Under the pieces are notes generated by a model. The model saw nothing but the letters and a program-made list of their open reading frames with translations. It made no database searches and was not told where the DNA came from. Position numbers and translations under genes: made by a program. A stretch of DNA of 35,855 nt, from positions 1 to 35,855 of the forward strand of contig JAWXCN010000121.1 of the NCBI GenBank assembly GCA_034408725.1, read 5' to 3'. The stretch comes from Candidatus Hydrogenedentota bacterium. Its GTDB lineage: Bacteria; Hydrogenedentota; Hydrogenedentia; Hydrogenedentales; SLHB01. Shown here piece after piece: positions 27,454 to 35,453 of this stretch. Position 1 is the first letter of the stretch. Every line of letters begins with the position of its first letter.

Positions 27454-27825
27454 TCAACTCCAGAATCGCCACCACGGTTTTGTTGCCTTCGACTCGGACG
27501 GCTCTTCGCGCCATTCGCCGTTTTCCATTCGAACCCACTTTTTCGAAGAATCGTCAAGCCCGATTTCAGTTCCGGGGGCATAATCGACGAATTCAACCAA
27601 CCCGGGAGCAAACCAAAAAGACTCATTGCGATCGTCGAAGTGGACATTGATCGCGTAGTCCGACGACAGTTTGCCAATGACCATGACACCAGTCATGTAC
27701 GGCGTGGTCTGACCAAATACTTGACCAACCTGGCCTGCTACACCCATCTGCTCCGTTTCTGCCGATGAACGGATTCGAACATGGTCTCCAAACGTCGGCG
27801 AACCAGTTGGAAAATTAGTTTTCAT
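27454..27825 (-). CDS. Hypothetical protein (SH3/KOW-like start, C-terminal KPWWRFW)
   Basis: FGDHVRIRSSAETEQMGVAGQVGQVFG...WFAPGLVEFVD; 123 aa. Confidence 0.7.
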   Translation of the reverse strand: MKTNFPTGSPTFGDHVRIRSSAETEQMGVAGQVGQVFGQTTPYMTGVMVIGKLSSDYAINVHFDDRNESFWFAPGLVEFVDYAPGTEIGLDDSSKKWVRMENGEWREEPSESKATKPWWRFWS

Positions 27826-27867
27826 TTCACCCAACAGTGTCTTAACTAAACTTATGTGGACGCAGTG

Positions 27868-28905
27868 TCAAAAAGCGGGCGGCTGCTGTACCTTCGATTC
27901 CGGTCGCGATGACTTCCCCTCGGTGCTTATGGAAACCAAACGTGGCGGGTGCAGGTGATCAGATACATTTGTGCCCAGTGGAAAAGGCGCACGGCAATGT
28001 TGTTCGGCAAGGGCTAGCAAATCGGTGTCAGGTGCATCCATCATGTCCTCAAGCACAACTGAAACTGCGGGATCCCCGTGCGATTCACCAGGCACGAAGT
28101 GAAATTTCCCCAACTCAGGCATGGGACCGCGCGCGAACGTTTTTGTTCCTTCGTCAGAAATATCCAGAATGTGGGTCTGAGTCTCTGCGATAAAGCAGTC
28201 CGCCTTTCTCACTAGATAAGCATTATTGGGGTCGACTTCCAGGTGCCACACTGCTTCTGTTTTGCGGAACATATCAAAATAGCTCCCATCTGCTTCACAG
28301 CGAAGCAACCCATTCTCGAGTTTTGTGACGCTGTTGATTTGATCGATGCAGCGGGAAAAGCCTCGGCCGCATGCCAGGACAGCGTGAGCGATATGAGGAT
28401 GTTGAGGCCAGCCAAGCCTGGGATATAAGTCGACACAATGAACATTGGACGCGACCACCTTTGCGTCGTTCGAAGGACTTATCAGATAGACAGTACTTCT
28501 CGAGAATGCCGAACTCTCTGTGTCATCCACTCTGGCGATGACCTCACTTGCCATGATGGCTTGCATTTCCCCGATTTCATTGTAACTCTGAGGCGGAAAG
28601 CTGCCGCCCATGGGGACATATCTCGTCGGCGATTGATCTGGATTTGTTATAAGGTGTGCAGCCCAGCATTCCTCATCACGTGTAACGGTCAGTCTGGAGA
28701 AATGACGCTCTGTGTCTGGGGAGAACTGAATGGGTATGGGTCGGCTAATCGACACCACTAACGTAAAGTTATCCAGGAACAACGAATCGAAATGTCGTAA
28801 CGCGTTCTCGATGCTTTCCGGTGAGTGTTCTTCCGACGAAGCTGGTGCTGTGAGAAATATCGAGGCTAATACAAAGGCAGAGGCACATAATAGATGTATG
28901 CGCAT
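27868..28905 (-). CDS. Secreted hypothetical protein
   Basis: 345-aa ORF with signal peptide MRIHLLCASAFVLASIFLTAPASS. Confidence 0.75.
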   Translation of the reverse strand: MRIHLLCASAFVLASIFLTAPASSEEHSPESIENALRHFDSLFLDNFTLVVSISRPIPIQFSPDTERHFSRLTVTRDEECWAAHLITNPDQSPTRYVPMGGSFPPQSYNEIGEMQAIMASEVIARVDDTESSAFSRSTVYLISPSNDAKVVASNVHCVDLYPRLGWPQHPHIAHAVLACGRGFSRCIDQINSVTKLENGLLRCEADGSYFDMFRKTEAVWHLEVDPNNAYLVRKADCFIAETQTHILDISDEGTKTFARGPMPELGKFHFVPGESHGDPAVSVVLEDMMDAPDTDLLALAEQHCRAPFPLGTNVSDHLHPPRLVSISTEGKSSRPESKVQQPPAF

Positions 28906-28943
28906 TGGGAATTGGACTCCGATTCTTTAGGCGCCGTTTTCCA

Positions 28944-29417
28944 TTACTTCTCTGGACAATCGGAAAATCGTTGATACTGTATCACATCCGTAGAAACACG
29001 CTGAAAGAATATTTTTGCGAAAAGACAACCCCAAAAATCGCTCCAAGTATGGGTGAAATACTGGCCTTCCACATCGATCGTGATTTTCGAACGAATAGCG
29101 CGGCCTTTCGCGGATTCGATGGTGTCGGATGCATTGCCTGCGAGAACGGATGCAACGAACGACTCTATCAGTTCACCGGTCCAATTCAAGTCTTGAGATT
29201 CATATCTGCCGTTTTGTCCGAGGTGAATACTCACGCGCGCATGCGGCTCTATCATAATCCATAGCCGACAATACGAATCGGACTTCGGAGCTATCAACAT
29301 TTGCAGACACCCATCCTTGGATGTCCATTTCGTCATTGCAGTATTCGGGCAAATCTTTCGAGTCTCGGCGACAAATGCGTCCAACGCTTTCGCTTGAAAG
29401 TCGTCTAATTCCAACAT
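28944..29417 (-). CDS. Hypothetical protein, paralog A (157 aa)
   Basis: Colinear paralog of 24701-25174. Confidence 0.85.
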   Translation of the reverse strand: MLELDDFQAKALDAFVAETRKICPNTAMTKWTSKDGCLQMLIAPKSDSYCRLWIMIEPHARVSIHLGQNGRYESQDLNWTGELIESFVASVLAGNASDTIESAKGRAIRSKITIDVEGQYFTHTWSDFWGCLFAKIFFQRVSTDVIQYQRFSDCPEK

Positions 29418-29534
29418 TGTTAAAAGTCCGTGTGCCGGCTACGCAGTGTTGATTGAAGTAGGCGCGCTAGCCAGTACAAAGCGGCGCTCACGCCGCATTC
29501 CAAAGCGCTTCGCGCGCGTTAACGTCGTTTTGAG

Positions 29535-29687
29535 TTACGGATAGTAGCCGGTATACGACAAAAGCAGTGGCAGAAACTGGAGCAACACGTACGGCTCGAA
29601 GATGACGGCTAAGATCGTTTGCGCCGGATTGAATAGCAGACTGCCAACTCCCGACAGCACCGACAAGAGCAATTGACCGCCTAGCAT
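29535..29687 (-). CDS. Small hydrophobic protein (50 aa), absent from the ORF track
   Basis: AAGGAGG RBS 5 nt before ATG; MLGGQLLLSVLSGVGSLLFNPAQTILAVIFEPYVLLQFLPLLLSYTGYYP*. Confidence 0.55.
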   Translation of the reverse strand: MLGGQLLLSVLSGVGSLLFNPAQTILAVIFEPYVLLQFLPLLLSYTGYYP

Positions 29688-29715
29688 GGTGTCCTCCTTT
29701 TTCTTCACATGAATT

Positions 29716-30192
29716 CTATGCTTCTTCGTAGGCCTTTTTCAGGGTGGCGATGTCGAGTTTGACCATCTTCATCATGGATTCCATGACACGCTGTGATTTT
29801 TTTGGGTCTTTATCGCCCAATAAATCCATCAGCACCGTTGGCACGACCTGCCAGGTAAGGCCGAACCGGTCGGACACCCACCCGCATTGTTGGACTTGTC
29901 CGCCTTCGGAGAGCTTTTCCCAGAAGAAGTCGATTTCCTCCTGCGTTTTGCAGTCGATGAAAAACGAGACGGCGGGGGAGAACTGGTAGTGCGGGCCGCC
30001 GTTGAGCGCCATGAATTCCTGGCCTTCAATTTCAAATGTGCCTGTCATGAACGAGCCTTTCGGGCCGGGGCCGGCTTCGCCGTAGCGGCGGATGTCGCCG
30101 ATCTTCGAGTTTTTGAAGATGGAGGTGTAGAAGTTGATGGCTTCCTCCGCGTTGTTGTCGAACCAGAGGAATGGGGTGATTTTTTGTTGCAT
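29716..30192 (-). CDS. VOC family protein (3-demethylubiquinone-9 3-methyltransferase/PhnB-like)
   Basis: MQQKITPFLWFDNNAEEAINFYTSIF, FMALNGGP, QQCGWVSDRFGLTWQVVP; AAGGAG RBS. Confidence 0.92.
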   Translation of the reverse strand: MQQKITPFLWFDNNAEEAINFYTSIFKNSKIGDIRRYGEAGPGPKGSFMTGTFEIEGQEFMALNGGPHYQFSPAVSFFIDCKTQEEIDFFWEKLSEGGQVQQCGWVSDRFGLTWQVVPTVLMDLLGDKDPKKSQRVMESMMKMVKLDIATLKKAYEEA

Positions 30193-30317
30193 GGCGAGCG
30201 ACTCCTTCAAGCGGGGTTGGCTTTTCATTGTTCATCATCGTACCAAAGTCGGAATCCGGTCTAAATGCTTGGGACTCCAAGGAACGAACGAATGGAAGCC
30301 GCCGGGAAGGACTCCCA

Positions 30318-30406
30318 GCGGGAGGGTTGACGTCCCCGTCGACTGCACGTTTTTTGCGTCGCTAAATGGGGGTCATGATAGTCGGCGGGGACGCCGACCC
30401 TCCCGC
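30318..30406. repeat. REPIN-like inverted pair, family 4 (GCGGGAGGGTCGGCGTCCCCGCCGACT)
   Basis: 30318-30344 versus 30380-30406, 24/27 inverted match; related GCGGGAGGGCGCGCGTCCCCGCGCG at 35696-35720. Confidence 0.8.
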
Positions 30407-30502
30407 GCAAAAAGATAGCAATTGCGAGTTTTTCGTATTTTTTGGGCAAAGTTTGCCAATTAAATACGGTTTTGTTTCGTGGAGCATGAAAAATTTCACT
30501 CG

Positions 30503-30554
30503 CGTTGTGGCGGGTCTCCCGACCGCGCCACACGCCGCCGACCGACAGGTCTCC
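30503..30554. repeat. REP-like element, family 1 (inverted)
   Basis: Reverse complement closely matches 17183-17233. Confidence 0.85.
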
Positions 30555-30695
30555 AAGACGCATGGAGCAACGAGTAGTGAGGTAGTGAGTAGCGTAGCGG
30601 ATGGAAAATTTCGCACCAATTCGTCAACCGAACATGGGTTAAATCGCGGGAAAGTAGATGTGGCCCAGTGCAATGCGTGAGCACATGTGATTGAA

Positions 30696-30795
30696 GGGGA
30701 CTGTCACCGCCATCGAGAATGATGCGTGAATCGGGGACAGCCACCGCCACCCAAAACGCGGCGGGGGTGAGAGTCCCCAGGCGGTGGCTGTCCCC
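30696..30795. repeat. Cluster of four family 2 REP-like motifs
   Basis: 30733-30748 and 30780-30795 form a perfect 16-bp inverted repeat; 30696-30708 and 30766-30778 are a 12/13 inverted match. Confidence 0.8.
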
Positions 30796-30826
30796 GGACC
30801 CGGAACCCGATACCCAATCAAACCTC

Positions 30827-30855
30827 TTGACATCTGATTAAATATTCAGTATATT
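30827..30855 (+). promoter_or_regulatory. Sigma70-type promoter with palindromic operator in the spacer
   Basis: TTGACA-N17-TATATT; the spacer contains CTGATTAAATATTCAG (30834-30849); AGGAGG RBS at 30873-30878. Confidence 0.8.
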
Positions 30856-30887
30856 GGCGCAGTGGGCGCTACAGGAGGTTTTGGGCC

Positions 30888-33485
30888 ATGCGGATGACTG
30901 AGCTGCTCCGGTACGACATTCCCCCCGAGATTATTGCCATGTGGCGTGAGCAGGTGAGCGAGACGCTGTTGCCGGTGCAGGAAATGGCGATTAAGCGGCA
31001 CAACCTTTTTTCCGGACGGAACCTGTTGATTCAGGCGCCCACAAGCTCGGGGAAAACCTTTATCGGCGAAATGGCGGCGATACAGACGGCGTTGCGCCGC
31101 AAGAAGGTTATCTATGCGGTGCCGCTAAAAGCGCTGGCGGAGGAAAAATTTGAAGACTTCCGCGCGAAATACGCGCCCTACGGCATTGAAGTCATCATTT
31201 CCACGCGGGACCGGCGCGAGTTCGATGGCCGGTTGGAAAACGGAACATTTTCCATCGCGGTGGTCGTGTTCGAGAAACTGTCGCAACTGCTGGTGCGGCG
31301 TCCGGAGCGGCTCGAGGAAATCGAGCTAATTGTTGCGGATGAACTCGAGATTTTGTCCGACCCTGATCGCGGTTCAGAAATCGAAGTCCTGCTCACGCGA
31401 ATCCTGCGGAGCAAGCGGCGCATGATCGGCTTGTCCGCGGTGATCGGGTATGCAGACAAATTGGCGCAATGGATGGATGCGGACTTGCTGCTGCACGAGC
31501 GGCGTCCCATCGAACTTCGATACGGCGTGCTGCACGAAGGACGCTTCAAATACCGGACCTATAACGAGTACGCGCAGGCCGAAGAACCGCTCATCCATGT
31601 GCAGTCGGAATCGTCGTGGGACGTCTTGACTGAGAACGTGCGCGCGATGGCGGAGCGGGGGGAGTCGTGTCTGGTGTTTGTGAAGGCGAAACACGAGGCG
31701 CGGCGTGGCGCGGAATTGCTCGCGGGCCGGGTGCAGTTGCCGGGGGCGACGGCGGCGATCGAGGCGCTGTGCAAGGTAGAGCAAACGCATTCGCGCGAGA
31801 CGTTGCTGGATACATTGTCGGCCGGGGTGGCATTTCACAACGCCGATCTCTCTCGCGAAGAGCGCAAGATTGTCGAGGAAGCCTTTCGCAAGGGCGCGGT
31901 CAAGGTATTGGTCTCCACAAGCACGCTTGCCGTGGGCATGAACCTGCCCGCGCAAAACGTGTTCATCGCGTCCGACAAATGGCAGTACGACGCGCGGTTC
32001 GGCATGCCATGGAAGACGCCGATTCTGCGTTCCGAATACGAAAACATGGGCGGCCGCGCGGGGCGCATCGGGTCGGGCACGCCGTTTGGCCGCTCGATCC
32101 TCGTGGCGATGACCCCATTCGACGAAGCAACGTTGTGGCGGCGGTATGTCGATGGCGAACGGGAGCGCATCGAGCCGCGGCTTGCGCGAGAGCCCTTGGA
32201 AAACCATGTGCTGCGCCTGGTGACTTCCCGGACCTGCTTCGCTGAAAGTGAACTGCTCGAATTCTTCAGTTCAACGTTGAGTGGAAGCTGGGTGTGGACG
32301 GAGTTATACACGCCGGATGAAGTTGAATCCCGCGTGCGCGCGTCCATTCATCGGGCTTTGGACAGCGGCATGCTCGCAAAAGACGCAGAGGATCGCCTAT
32401 GGGCGACGCCACTGGGAGTTGCCGCGTCGTGCAAGGGCATCTCGATTGCCACCGCGCTCGAGCTTGAACACTGGATTCGCGAATCGGAAACGCGCGTATG
32501 GACAGACATGGATTTGATGCTCGCCGCGGCGTTGACTCTGGATGGACGGATGCTACAGGTCACGCTCACGTCCCGCGAATACGAGCGGAGCGACTATCCG
32601 GGTGTGTTGAAACGCATGACCGCGGACGACGAAAGCTACGCGGACGTGCCGATGAACCGGTTGCGCAACAGCGCGCTCATGCCGTTTTTCGAGGAAGTGC
32701 GCGCGATAAAGGTCGCGCTGTTGTTGCACGAATGGATAGACGAATGCCAGGTGTACGACATCGAGGAGCGATACCACACTCTCCTCGGACAAATTACCGC
32801 CGCGGCGGAACAAATTAGCTGGTTAATCGATGCCACCGCTGCCATCGCCACGGCCGTCGGCGCGCCGCGGGCCTTTGTCGAGCGTATTGCGTTGCTAGCC
32901 GAACGGGTGCAGTTCGGCGTGCGACAGGAAGCAACGCCGCTGGCCCGCGCGCGTCTGGTCGATCGCAACGCGATTATTGCGTTGGAAGCCCAGGGGCTGT
33001 GCGCCGCCTCCGCCTTGGCAGGAGCTTCGCCGGTAGTGGTGTCGCAATGGGTGTCAAGTGGATCGGCGCACGAGCTCATCGAATGGGGGCTGCAAAACTT
33101 CGGCGGGTCCGCTCCCGCCTCCGGCGGGGAGGTACGCCCACCCACCTCCCCGCCGGTCCTCCTCATCGACGATCGGAGGCCCGGTCAAGTCCTGATCGAA
33201 GGAAAATCCGTGCGCTTGCAGGAAAAACAATATCAATTGGTCTCGTTGCTTGCCGCTTCGCCGGGCGAATGCGTGGGCTATGACCAGGTGTACGAAGCGC
33301 TCTGGGGAAACGTGGTGGTCGAACAAAACCAGATGCACTTCCAAAAGCGGCGTCTCATCGAGCGTATTCGCGAGGCCGTCCCGCACCGCGCCGAAATGGT
33401 ACGGACCATTCCAAAGCGCGGCTTTATGCTTGCCTTAACCCCGGGAGATGTCTCGCTGCTTCAAGCGGCCGCGAGTGTTGTCTAA
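30888..33485 (+). CDS. Ski2/Hel308-like SF2 helicase with C-terminal OmpR/PhoB-type winged-helix domain
   Basis: LLPVQ (Q motif), APTSSGKT, VPLKALAEEK, DELE, GLSAVI, RPIEL, GVAFHNADL, STSTLAVGMNLPA, NMGGRAGR, ATPLG; C-terminal LQEKQYQLVSLL...ALWG...VRTIPKRGFML. Confidence 0.88.
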   Translation: MRMTELLRYDIPPEIIAMWREQVSETLLPVQEMAIKRHNLFSGRNLLIQAPTSSGKTFIGEMAAIQTALRRKKVIYAVPLKALAEEKFEDFRAKYAPYGIEVIISTRDRREFDGRLENGTFSIAVVVFEKLSQLLVRRPERLEEIELIVADELEILSDPDRGSEIEVLLTRILRSKRRMIGLSAVIGYADKLAQWMDADLLLHERRPIELRYGVLHEGRFKYRTYNEYAQAEEPLIHVQSESSWDVLTENVRAMAERGESCLVFVKAKHEARRGAELLAGRVQLPGATAAIEALCKVEQTHSRETLLDTLSAGVAFHNADLSREERKIVEEAFRKGAVKVLVSTSTLAVGMNLPAQNVFIASDKWQYDARFGMPWKTPILRSEYENMGGRAGRIGSGTPFGRSILVAMTPFDEATLWRRYVDGERERIEPRLAREPLENHVLRLVTSRTCFAESELLEFFSSTLSGSWVWTELYTPDEVESRVRASIHRALDSGMLAKDAEDRLWATPLGVAASCKGISIATALELEHWIRESETRVWTDMDLMLAAALTLDGRMLQVTLTSREYERSDYPGVLKRMTADDESYADVPMNRLRNSALMPFFEEVRAIKVALLLHEWIDECQVYDIEERYHTLLGQITAAAEQISWLIDATAAIATAVGAPRAFVERIALLAERVQFGVRQEATPLARARLVDRNAIIALEAQGLCAASALAGASPVVVSQWVSSGSAHELIEWGLQNFGGSAPASGGEVRPPTSPPVLLIDDRRPGQVLIEGKSVRLQEKQYQLVSLLAASPGECVGYDQVYEALWGNVVVEQNQMHFQKRRLIERIREAVPHRAEMVRTIPKRGFMLALTPGDVSLLQAAASVV

Positions 33486-33559
33486 GAATTCCTCAACCCG
33501 CAGGATTGCGCTCATGCTCTTCTACGGCATTATCTAGCAAGACTTGTAGTCTTTTCCGT

Positions 33560-33614
33560 GCTCGTGCTCGTGCTCTTGCTCGTCCTCGTATTTCGTAATC
33601 GTACTCGTAATCGA
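33560..33614. repeat. Degenerate hexamer array (GCTCGT/CCTCGT/AATCGT/ACTCGT)
   Basis: Read directly; same family and unit order as 17280-17339; lies between convergent genes. Confidence 0.9.
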
Positions 33615-33629
33615 TTCATATTTATTCCG

Positions 33630-34826
33630 CTATCCGCCGGCTTTGATCCAGTCCTCATTGAATTGAACATGCTTGATAGTCGATGGCTCTTTTCCATCGG
33701 GAAGCGCAAGCTCCTTCGACTTATAGGAATACGTGCAATGGATCGTCCCATCCTTCGCCTGAATAACGGACGGATACGCGCCCGAACCTTCGTCAGGCTT
33801 AAACGTCTCAAGGCCGCGTTTCCACTTCCACGTGTTCCCTTCATCCTCCGACAAATACGCCGTAACCAGGTGCCGTCCATTCTTGGTGTCGTTGCACACC
33901 ATTACCCAATTTCCACTGGCGAGCGAAATACACTCGACGCTGGACCCTGGATTCGGAATGTCGATGGAATCGACCGTAGTCCAGCTGACGCCATTGTCAT
34001 CGGACACAGACCGCCTGATTTGTTTAGGTCCGCCGTTGTCGCGCATGTACGCGGTAACGCCGCCGTCCTTCTGCTTCACGAACGACGGTTGAATGTTGCC
34101 GAGGTCCGGTCCGACAATCGGCTTGCTGAACTCCCACGTTTCGCCCCAATTCTCCGTGAAGGCCGCAAGCGAACAATTGTAAACGTCGGAATACAATCCC
34201 AGCATCATGCGCGTATCGGAAAGCATGATGGGGTGGAGGCGCGTCATCCAGCCGAGCCGTTGCGTCAGCTTTTCCTTGCCCCGCGATTTCAATGCTTCAA
34301 CGTCTTTCCGCAACCCTTCGTTGTTTTTGATGTACTCGGCATATTTCGTTTCAGCTTCCGCGAGCGCGTTGAAGAATATCGGGTCAAGTTCCAACGGACG
34401 CGAATGAATGACGTCCTGCCATTCCCACGTAGGCGGTCCGTCTTTGTCATACGAAGTCGCGCGCCGGTATTTCAGCAGCGAGCCACCCCATTCATTGTCC
34501 TGCACAGTAATCCAGAACAACCACAGCGTGCCGCGCGGGTCGACAAACAGGACGGGATTGCAGTCCGGCAAGTTAGGCGTGTCAGCCATCTAAAAGGGCG
34601 CGCTCCACGCAATTTCACCCTTGCGCTTGCGCGCGCCGAGCACCTGCACATCGTCGGAATTGCGTTCGCCCGTTCCGTGAAACCAGCAGGCCAGCAGATC
34701 GCCCTGCGGCGTTTCCACGATACTCGAACCATGATTGTGCAACGGTTCGGGCGTAAAGATAAGCTCGGATTCCAGCAGCGGCTGTTGGGCCAAGACGCTG
34801 CAAAGCGCGAAAAGACTGACAAGCAT
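33630..34826 (-). pseudogene. BNR-repeat exo-alpha-sialidase-like protein interrupted by an in-frame TAG (34590-34592)
   Basis: Signal peptide plus HNHGSSIVETPQGDLLACWF.G.GE...WSAPF* directly followed in frame by MADTPNLPDCNPVLF; Asp-boxes TENWGETW, SDDNGVSW, SEDEGNTW; AYPSVIQ..DGTIHCTYSY. Confidence 0.8.
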
Positions 34827-34898
34827 GATGCACCTCGCTCTGTAAGTGGTAAGGACGCAGTGCAACCGTATCCCGGTCCGCACCCTTGGCGCAAACCC

Positions 34899-34927
34899 TT
34901 GACACCCCTGGTGACCTTTGCTATAGT
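34899..34927 (+). promoter_or_regulatory. Sigma70 promoter of the tRNA-tuf operon
   Basis: TTGACA-N17-TATAGT, ~40 bp upstream of tRNA-Thr. Confidence 0.85.
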
Positions 34928-34969
34928 CAGTGGCATCCCCGCCATTGGCGGGGTTTGCTTTGTCGGGCC

Positions 34970-35045
34970 GCTGGCGTAGCTCAGTTGGTAGAGCAGCTGA
35001 TTTGTAATCAGCAGGTCGGGGGTTCGAGACCCTCCGCCAGCTCCA
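34970..35045 (+). tRNA. tRNA-Thr(TGT)
   Basis: GCTGGCG/CGCCAGC acceptor stem; anticodon arm GCTGA-TTTGTAA-TCAGC; GGTTCGA; encoded CCA. Confidence 0.97.
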
Positions 35046-35090
35046 TATACCGATCATCGCGTGTGCATCGCAGCGGTCGATAGCGCTTGT

Positions 35091-35176
35091 GGTGGGATGC
35101 CCGAGTGGCTAAAGGGGACGGGCTGTAAACCCGTTGGCTAGCGCCTACGTAGGTTCGAATCCTACTCCCACCACCA
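35091..35176 (+). tRNA. tRNA-Tyr(GTA)
   Basis: GGTGGGA/TCCCACC acceptor stem; ACGGG-CTGTAAA-CCCGT; long variable arm; CCA. Confidence 0.97.
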
Positions 35177-35447
35177 TTTTGATTTTGGATTTTAGATTTT
35201 GGATTCCGGAACGGCACAGTCCGATTCATGACCTTAATAGCTATTTTAAGAATCTCGTAGCCCATACCGGTGTCATTCCGAAGCTACTGCTGAGGAATCT
35301 GCCACGGCGAGCGATAAGCCATGTGGCAAGTTGCATGGCCATGTTAATTCTTGAATCGCTTTAGTGCATGGAGAGCTGAAAGTTGAACTCGGATTCGACA
35401 AACCCGCGGGTTTGCCAATCCAAAATCTAAAATCTAAACTCTAAAAT
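35177..35447. repeat. Spacer bounded by inverted heptamer repeats (GATTTTR)n / (YAAAATC)n
   Basis: 35177-35205 TTTTGATTTTGGATTTTAGATTTTGGATT and 35417-35447 AATCCAAAATCTAAAATCTAAACTCTAAAAT. Confidence 0.85.
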
Positions 35448-35453
35448 AGTTTT

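Noticed and set aside
24500-30200. Integron cassette array (co-oriented small genes; GTTGGGT just before the 27825 start)
   Set aside because: I could not find convincing attC sites (paired RYYYAAC...GTTRRRY with L boxes) between the genes, and there is no integrase. IntegronFinder would settle it.
33558-34979. 473-aa + strand ORF
   Set aside because: Antisense shadow of the sialidase-like gene; it starts in the hexamer repeat and has no recognisable motifs.
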